Below, piece by piece: positions 12,507 through 17,516 of a DNA stretch of 17,516 bases (position 1 is its first letter; every line of letters starts with the position of its first letter). The notes below the pieces were generated by a model. It was given only the letters and a program-made list of their open reading frames with translations. It did not search any database and had not been told where the DNA came from. Origin of the DNA: a virus; UHGV virus genome UHGV-1979868; one strand, given 5' to 3'. The translations under genes and the position numbers were made by a program.

Positions 12507-12787
12507 GAGATTGTGGTGCTTTTTGTGGGAGTCATCCACTTACGCACTTTGTTTTGCCATGCCAGCAGTTAGCTTCTGCTGTAAAACTATTCATGCAGCA
12601 AACCTGCACTTCACCACAATGGTTAGCATACTTTTCCTGATTAAGATTTTGCCAAATATGCTAGCCATTGTTTCATGTATTGGACCTCCTTACTTTTTAT
12701 TAAAGAGATCCAATATTCACTACTCTGTCCGTATCTCTACTCAGGCATCAGCCTTCTTCGTTATCGTATACAGACGAGCGATGAATT

Positions 12788-13003
12788 TTAATCAGTAATG
12801 ATGACATTTGCTGCTGCAGGACCTTTAGCACCACTCTCTATAGAGAAGGTAACCTTTTGACCTTCAAATAAGGTTCGATAATTATCATTCTGAATCGCAG
12901 AAAAATGCACAAACACATCTTTACTACCATCAACAGGAGAAATAAAGCCGAAACCTTTATCAGCGTTAAACCATTTTACTAAACCAGTCATTTTATTTGA
13001 CAT
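12788..13003 (-). CDS. cspB: Cold-shock protein CspB (CspA family)
   Basis: 71-aa [74 protein letters not shown], matching CspB as I recall it; ATG at 13003 with TAAGGA 7 nt upstream. Confidence 0.9.
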   Translation of the reverse strand: MSNKMTGLVKWFNADKGFGFISPVDGSKDVFVHFSAIQNDNYRTLFEGQKVTFSIESGAKGPAAANVIITD

Positions 13004-13303
13004 TCTACATTCCTTAACTTGAGCCTTTCGGCATAAATGGTTTGCATAACAGAAACGACTTCGTACTTAATTGGAGAGACTCAAAGAAGGAATAAGTGAA
13101 TAACACCTGAAATGAGAACTGCTTTAGTAAACTACTTCGTATATCGTCTGTTCTTCAAACCGACGCAATCATTAACGCATAGTTGAACATATGAAGCAAT
13201 GTTTATTTTAGACATCCAGCCATCTTCAACCCCATCAAAAAACTATAGCTTTCTTCAGGAACGTGTGTATAGTGCGCCAAGTTATCAGTATTAAGGAATT
13301 TTT

Positions 13304-13516
13304 TTGTCCCGTAAAATGACAGGAATTGTCAAAACCTTTGACGGCAAAAGCGGCAAGGGTCTTATCACCCCATCCGATGGTCGTATCGATGTCCAGCTTC
13401 ATGTCTCAGCGCTCAATCTCCGCGATGCAGAAGAAATTACCACCGGATTACGCGTGGAATTTTGCCGGATAAATGGTCTGCGTGGCCCTTCAGCTGCCAA
13501 TGTTTACCTTTCATGA
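13304..13516 (+). CDS. cspF: CspA-family cold-shock-like protein, CspF/CspH type
   Basis: 70-aa ORF (M)[69 protein letters not shown]. The first codon is TTG (13304-13306) with AAGGA about 9 nt upstream. Divergent from cspB, as in Qin. I cannot distinguish F from H from memory. Confidence 0.75.
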
Positions 13517-13805
13517 GCTATATTAAAGCTTTAATTTCAGGCCCCATCGGATCACACATGGAGAGTTTTTATGAATAACCCCGTCTGTCTTGATGACTGG
13601 TTGATTGGCTTTAAAAGCTTATGCTGTACTTTGGCCGTAATAGCTCTGCTAATAATATAATAAGCAGACTCATTGTGTTTAGGGACATTGTACTGGAAGA
13701 AAACATTTTAAACATCAGGCAAATAACCAAGTCACCAGCTAAATAATAAGTTAACAGACATGAGTCCCGGGATGAGATTCAACATTACCATTGCCCCATT
13801 TAAAG

Positions 13806-13843
13806 CACAAAACCCGCTCATCAGCGGGTTTTCTACTTTTTCT
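13806..13843. terminator. Bidirectional stem-loop terminator (candidate tR' for the late promoter; also ends the plus-strand cspF unit)
   Basis: aaaacccgc-TCATCA-gcgggtttt palindrome (13808-13831) followed on the plus strand by tctactttttctt and on the minus strand by TTTTGTGCTTT. Confidence 0.5.
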
Positions 13844-13869
13844 TAACGTCGGGTATACAAAGCCCATCG

Positions 13870-13912
13870 TTGAAAAAATTTTATCCATATTTTTTGAAAA
13901 ATGCAAACATCA
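13870..13912 (-). promoter_or_regulatory. Candidate late promoter pR' / qut region directly downstream of the Q-like gene
   Basis: Minus strand reads TTGCAT - 17 nt - TAAAAT about 25-55 nt after the Q stop codon and about 45 nt upstream of the stem-loop terminator. Position and geometry only; not mapped. Confidence 0.3.
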
Positions 13913-13937
13913 TGTCGCCATCTTCAGCAAAAATCAT

Positions 13938-14690
13938 TTATCTCGTCACCTTCCTCAATTGCGCTTCCGCGTATGCTTCTTCCTGCCAGCACTTTGTTAC
14001 CAGTTTACCAATGACGTCCGCATACCCCTTATACCACTGATAATCGGTCAGGTCTGGTACCAGCTTCTGGACATGACGTCGTGCCAGCGTGGTCGGTAAA
14101 CGACTAAACCGGTTTCCATTACAACGCCCACAAATCTTATATACCGGTACGCCATGAAACCGGGTTCTTTTTTCATCCAGAACAATCCCTTTACCCTTAC
14201 ACCCTCTGCACGCTGTGCTGGCTTCGCCCTTACCATGGCAATGCTGACATAGTTCCTTCACCCATTCTTCCTTGATTACAGATTCCCCGCGTCTGTAGTG
14301 TTTCACCACTTCGCGCAATACATTATAAAATCCCGTACCTGAACAATGCTCACAGCGAGCCTTACTTGCCGCAGACCTGGAGTAATCAGCAAAGGCAAAA
14401 CTCACGAGGTAAGGAATAATCTGTAACCGGATTTCTTCACTCAATTTGTTCAATGTCGGGTTATCCAGTGCCATCGCGTAATTTAGCAGGCCTTCAATCG
14501 CAAACTGAGGGTCCTGAACACCAACTTTTGCCAGAAATAAGGCCAACCCAAGTGGTGCTTTCGACTGCACCATCCCCTGCGCTGCCATTACATCCGTAAT
14601 TGTTAAACAACCGGTGCCTGTCGCTGGAGCGTCATCGCTCAATTTTGGAGATTTTGGGGAGTAATATTTTGGTAAGGCTTCAAGGTTCAT
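13938..14690 (-). CDS. quuQ: Late-gene antiterminator Q-like protein, 250 aa, with four CxxCxGxG-type repeats
   Basis: Track ORF 13938..14720; the ATG at 14690 has GGAG 7 nt upstream, and the ydfU stop sits inside that SD region. It lies immediately upstream of the candidate late promoter and the lysis module. Contains CEHCSGTG, CQHCHGKG, CRGCKGKG and CGRCNGN. The symbol is positional. Confidence 0.75.
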   Translation of the reverse strand: MNLEALPKYYSPKSPKLSDDAPATGTGCLTITDVMAAQGMVQSKAPLGLALFLAKVGVQDPQFAIEGLLNYAMALDNPTLNKLSEEIRLQIIPYLVSFAFADYSRSAASKARCEHCSGTGFYNVLREVVKHYRRGESVIKEEWVKELCQHCHGKGEASTACRGCKGKGIVLDEKRTRFHGVPVYKICGRCNGNRFSRLPTTLARRHVQKLVPDLTDYQWYKGYADVIGKLVTKCWQEEAYAEAQLRKVTR

Positions 14691-14703
14691 GCTCGTTCTC
14701 CAC

Positions 14704-15753
14704 TTACGCCAGTACGCCAATTGCCAGCGCGCGATCGATAAAACGAAATATCAGCTCCAGTTGGGAGCCATACTTATCTTCAAATGCCACTGTATCCGTA
14801 TGCAGCTCGTTGTGATGCTTTCTGCACAAAGGCAACACAAAGAGATCATGTGCTTTTGTTCCCATTCCGCCCTGCCCGTGACCAATCAGATGATGCGGAT
14901 CGTCGGCTGGCATACCGCAGCAAGCACACGGCTGTGTCTTAACCCAACGTGTGTATTTCTCCTTAACCCAGCGGCGACGTTTAGGCAGCTTCATGAAAGA
15001 TTCCGGAGACTCTGGATCAACGGTGATGCTTACCACCGTCTTTTCCTGTGGTGATTTTTGTTGCTGGTGGGCGTAAGGCAACGGTGCAAGATTTTTTGTG
15101 CGTTGTTTCAATATGCTGGTGGCGGTCTGCTCTCCCGGTACGATGTCGCTTTCGCGGTACACCGAGCAGATTTTTTCCGCTGGTAATCCCAGCGAACGAC
15201 GCGATACAGCCTCAGGTAGTGCATCCACCACCTGATTGCAGACCGCCCACCAGGATAATTCAGCCAAAGATAATTCCCGCTCCTGCGTACCGCTTATTGC
15301 GTGACGGATGACGTCAATCACCCATGCTGTCAGATTTTGTTGAGCAAGCAGCTCCAGTGATTCCGATGTCTGGTCACGCAGTTGGTTGTCGCAGTGCCAG
15401 CACAACACCATTGCGCCGGTACCATAACGGTGAATGACTGTTTCAGTGTGATGGTAATCGCCATTAGGCCACTGGCAGGATGTAACATGACGTAATAGCC
15501 AGTCGGACAATGCGCCAACGCCGCCAGCAGCACGAATCACCCGTTCGTTACTAAAAAACGGCAGCAATGTTTTGTCTTCCGCCAGCGGCTGGCGAACGGC
15601 AGGAACGACTCCGGATGGCAGATTACGCATGCTTTTTGGTTCCGGTTCCACCAGCACTCGAGGATTATGAAATATCTGTATGGATTCACGGCCCGGCTTA
15701 AGGACCACCAGCCCAAGCTCAGGCACCAGAACAGGTCTAAGTAATACCCGCAC
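14704..15753 (-). CDS. ydfU: DUF968-like prophage protein with C-terminal HNH-type nuclease motif (NinG/Rap-position protein)
   Basis: Track ORF 14704..15792. The in-frame GTG at 15753-15751 is preceded by GGAGG 4 nt upstream and sits 1 nt after the stop of the upstream 92-aa ORF, giving 349 aa. The C-terminus reads ...QPCACCGMPADDPHHLIGHGQGGMGTKAHDLFVLPLCRKHHNELH (CxxC, HH, N, H). The start is uncertain (15792, 15753 or the internal ATG at 15630). Confidence 0.65.
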   Translation of the reverse strand: MRVLLRPVLVPELGLVVLKPGRESIQIFHNPRVLVEPEPKSMRNLPSGVVPAVRQPLAEDKTLLPFFSNERVIRAAGGVGALSDWLLRHVTSCQWPNGDYHHTETVIHRYGTGAMVLCWHCDNQLRDQTSESLELLAQQNLTAWVIDVIRHAISGTQERELSLAELSWWAVCNQVVDALPEAVSRRSLGLPAEKICSVYRESDIVPGEQTATSILKQRTKNLAPLPYAHQQQKSPQEKTVVSITVDPESPESFMKLPKRRRWVKEKYTRWVKTQPCACCGMPADDPHHLIGHGQGGMGTKAHDLFVLPLCRKHHNELHTDTVAFEDKYGSQLELIFRFIDRALAIGVLA

Positions 15754-15754
15754 G

Positions 15755-16033
15755 TTACCTCCAGATCCGTTGCTGGAAAGTGCGGGACGCACGTGGTGGG
15801 CGTTCGGAATAAGGCAGCCTGACAGAGATTATCCAGTGCCGATAGTCGAGACTGAGAGCTTTCTTAACCTCGAACCCGCGCCTGCGGTAAGAATGAATCA
15901 GCCATTCGGCCTGTTCTGCAGTGCATGGAGGGTGCTGGAACCATTCAGACTTGAATGCGTGAGAATACCGCCCGTGCGTGCAGGCAAGAACGGGCGAATT
16001 ATCAGAATTGTAATATTTTGCGTTGCGTGCCAT
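15755..16033 (-). CDS. Hypothetical protein, 92 aa, translationally coupled to the ydfU-like gene
   Basis: ORF MARNAKYYNSDNSPVLACTHGRYSHAFKSEWFQHPPCTAEQAEWLIHSYRRRGFEVKK...; ATG at 16033 with GGAGA 6 nt upstream. Its stop lies 1 nt before the ydfU GTG, and the ydfU SD is inside its 3' end. I recognise no family. Confidence 0.45.
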   Translation of the reverse strand: MARNAKYYNSDNSPVLACTHGRYSHAFKSEWFQHPPCTAEQAEWLIHSYRRRGFEVKKALSLDYRHWIISVRLPYSERPPRASRTFQQRIWR

Positions 16034-16099
16034 CGGTTTTCTCCGGTGGCACGGTGTTACTCAGCGGGAGTTCAGCCCCGCGCAAGATTGTAGATGAGT

Positions 16100-16351
16100 T
16101 TATTCTCCTGAAAAAGCAGAAAAGCCAGCTTTTATTCCGATCTCTTTCAATGCCTGTAATGAAGTGACAAACTCACCTTCGCGCAAGATAAATCCGTCCG
16201 TGACCCGAGCATCCACAAAATTAATTAACGCAGCCCCATTCTTTCGCAAACACATAATGCGGTAATGACTAACAAGATTTCCATTTTCAACGCACACAGC
16301 ATAGAGGCCATCTTCACAAAAAATTTTACGCAGTTCTTCGATGTTCATCAT
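16100..16351 (-). CDS. Hypothetical small protein, 83 aa (positional equivalent of Qin rem)
   Basis: ORF MMNIEELRKIFCEDGLYAVCVENGNLVSHYRIMCLRKNGAALINFVDARVTDGFILREGEFVTSLQALKEIGIKAGFSAFSGE; ATGATG at 16351-16346 with GGAAGGA 5 nt upstream. It lies between the hokD terminator and the 92-aa ORF. Confidence 0.5.
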   Translation of the reverse strand: MMNIEELRKIFCEDGLYAVCVENGNLVSHYRIMCLRKNGAALINFVDARVTDGFILREGEFVTSLQALKEIGIKAGFSAFSGE

Positions 16352-16467
16352 CAGAATCCTTCCGGATAATTAGCTCTCCCCTTTAAGGGACCATCCCTCT
16401 TATCCCTGCGCGCTACTTAAGTATTTTTGATTCTATTCCGGCACCGTCCAGAACTTCAAACGCGTTG

Positions 16468-16499
16468 AAAATAAAAACAAAAACCCGCCGAAGCGGGTT
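16468..16499 (-). terminator. Rho-independent terminator of the relB-relE-hokD operon
   Basis: Minus strand AACCCGCTTCGGCGGGTTTTTGTTTTTATTTT: GC hairpin with UUCG loop plus a long T-tract, about 70 nt after the hokD stop. Confidence 0.65.
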
Positions 16500-16567
16500 A
16501 AGTGCGGGTGCGTTGAGGATGCCTGCCACATCAGAGGTGGCGAGGGATTTCTCCCCCGCCGGGTCTC

Positions 16568-16723
16568 TTACTCCTCAGGTTCGTAAGCTGTGAAGACAGC
16601 GACCTCCGTCTGGCCGGTTCGGATTCGTACCTCGCAGAGGTCTTTCCTCGTTACCAGTGCCGTCACTATGACGGTTAAACAGATGACGATCAGGGCGATT
16701 AACATCGCCTTTTGCTGCTTCAT
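16568..16723 (-). CDS. hokD: Hok-family type I toxin HokD (RelF), 51 aa
   Basis: Found by hand, since it is below the track cutoff. Minus-strand translation MKQQKAMLIALIVICLTVIVTALVTRKDLCEVRIRTGQTEVAVFTAYEPEE; AGGAGA SD 8 nt upstream; directly downstream of relE. Confidence 0.88.
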   Translation of the reverse strand: MKQQKAMLIALIVICLTVIVTALVTRKDLCEVRIRTGQTEVAVFTAYEPEE

Positions 16724-16794
16724 AGCCTGCTTCTCCTGTCAACGCAAAGCAGAAGTGTCACCTTCGGTGCGAAACAGAGATGTCATGCTTTGGT

Positions 16795-17082
16795 TCAGAG
16801 AATGCGTTTGACCGCCTCGCTATATACTTCCGAGCGTTCTCTTTTCCCAACAGAAATCACGAAAACGACAACTTTCTCGTCTATAACCTGGTATACAAGG
16901 CGATAGCCTGAAGACCGGAGCTTAATCTTGTAACAATCAGGCATACCACGGAGCTTGTTTGCTTCAATCCGGGGTGACTCAAGTACTTCAACCAGCTTCT
17001 TTTTCAACTGTTCACGTACCGTCGAGCCCAGCTTTCGCCATTCCTTTAGTGCCCGCTCGTCAAAATCCAGAAAATACGCCAT
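16795..17082 (-). CDS. relE: Type II toxin RelE (ribosome-dependent mRNA endonuclease)
   Basis: 95-aa ORF MAYFLDFDERALKEWRKLGSTVREQLKKKLVEVLESPRIEANKLRGMPDCYKIKLRSSGYRLVYQVIDEKVVVFVISVGKRERSEVYSEAVKRIL, recognised as RelE. Its start overlaps the relB stop. Confidence 0.93.
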   Translation of the reverse strand: MAYFLDFDERALKEWRKLGSTVREQLKKKLVEVLESPRIEANKLRGMPDCYKIKLRSSGYRLVYQVIDEKVVVFVISVGKRERSEVYSEAVKRIL

Positions 17083-17321
17083 CAGAGTTCATCCAGCGTC
17101 ACACGTACTGGCTTAGGATTACGAAGCCGTTCTTTCACTATCTCCACAAGTTCAGCATCTTCATCACTCAGGAGTGTCTGTTTGAACGGCAAGCGTTCAT
17201 TGTCAGCGATATACTCGAGCATGAGACGAAGCGCTTCAGAAGGAGTTACACCCATTTTTTCAAGCGCGGCGTAAGAACGCGCTTTAAGTTCATCGTCAAT
17301 ACGCAGGTTAATGCTACCCAT
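17082..17321 (-). CDS. relB: Type II antitoxin RelB
   Basis: 79-aa ORF MGSINLRIDDELKARSYAALEKMGVTPSEALRLMLEYIADNERLPFKQTLLSDEDAELVEIVKERLRNPKPVRVTLDEL, recognised as RelB; ATG at 17321 with AGAGGTG 6 nt upstream. Confidence 0.93.
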   Translation of the reverse strand: MGSINLRIDDELKARSYAALEKMGVTPSEALRLMLEYIADNERLPFKQTLLSDEDAELVEIVKERLRNPKPVRVTLDEL

Positions 17322-17380
17322 GTCTTACACCTCTTGTAATTACAAATGTCATTACAAGTATCGCACTACAACATGCTTAG
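17322..17380 (-). promoter_or_regulatory. relBE promoter/operator (relO)
   Basis: Directly upstream of relB: a perfect 12-bp palindrome ttgtaattacaa (17334-17345) and an adjacent second inverted repeat tgtcattacaag (17347-17358). These are the TTGTAAT/ATTACAA hexad repeats of relO as I recall them. Confidence 0.7.
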
Positions 17381-17516
17381 GGCAAGTCACGAAGGAAGTC
17401 AGAAAGTAGTCGTAAGAACGGTGATCACTGTCCGCTTTGTGCCAGGAGCAGCCATTGCTAAGGAAGGTGCGAATAAGCGGGGAAATTCTTCTCGGCTGAC
17501 TCAGTCATTTCATTTC

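Noticed and set aside
12505-12798. 97-aa plus-strand ORF downstream of the zinc-ribbon gene
   Set aside because: Begins inside a terminator hairpin, has no SD, and has a hydrophobic low-complexity composition. The opposite strand carries the better-supported features (cspB 3' region with the strong SD and tiny ORFs).
12035-13937. Looked for tRNA genes in the Q-to-S interval
   Set aside because: Stx-type lambdoid phages often carry tRNAs here, but I could find no GTTCGAATC/GTTCAAATC-type T-arm with a matching acceptor stem anywhere in the window.
13938-14720. Longer 260-aa form of the Q-like protein starting at 14720
   Set aside because: The ATG at 14690 has a properly spaced GGAG and leaves a 13-nt gap after the ydfU stop; the upstream start would overlap ydfU and has no SD.
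15680-16093. 137-aa plus-strand ORF
   Set aside because: Arg/Pro/Ser-rich junk-like translation, antisense to the 92-aa ORF and the start of ydfU, which have SDs and translational coupling.
16590-16906. Plus-strand ORFs 16590..16811 and 16712..16906 antisense to hokD and relE
   Set aside because: Rejected as protein-coding: no SD, low-complexity products. An antisense RNA opposite hokD is conceivable, but I saw no promoter-like signal I would defend.

Overview
This window is the late region of a lambdoid prophage (Escherichia/Shigella type), with the late operon on the minus strand. Positions 1-~8000 are a lambda-type head and packaging module (Z fragment, FII, FI, E, D, C with nested Nu3, B, W, A, Nu1) ending at a lambda-type cos site. 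Positions ~8040-17516 are Qin/phage-21-type and visibly more AT-rich. They hold a moron block beside cos (an RHH protein and a DUF1398-like protein on the plus strand; gnsB-like, ynfN-like and cspI on the minus strand) and a phage-21-type lysis cassette (pinholin, an inserted DUF1327-like gene, SAR endolysin, nested spanins). Beyond that lie a second moron block between Q and the lysis genes (cspB, cspF, small ORFs), a Q-like antiterminator, a DUF968-like protein with an HNH motif, two small unknown ORFs, and the hokD-relE-relB toxin operon with its relO operator. I found no rRNA, tRNA, CRISPR array, IS element, integrase or att site. I did not find a clear, self-contained undescribed system; the best candidates for follow-up are the uncharacterised moron cassettes and small ORFs listed in the findings. 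All protein calls come from my own reading of the translated ORFs and gene order; no database search was run, so family names and K-12 gene symbols should be confirmed by BLASTP/HHpred.
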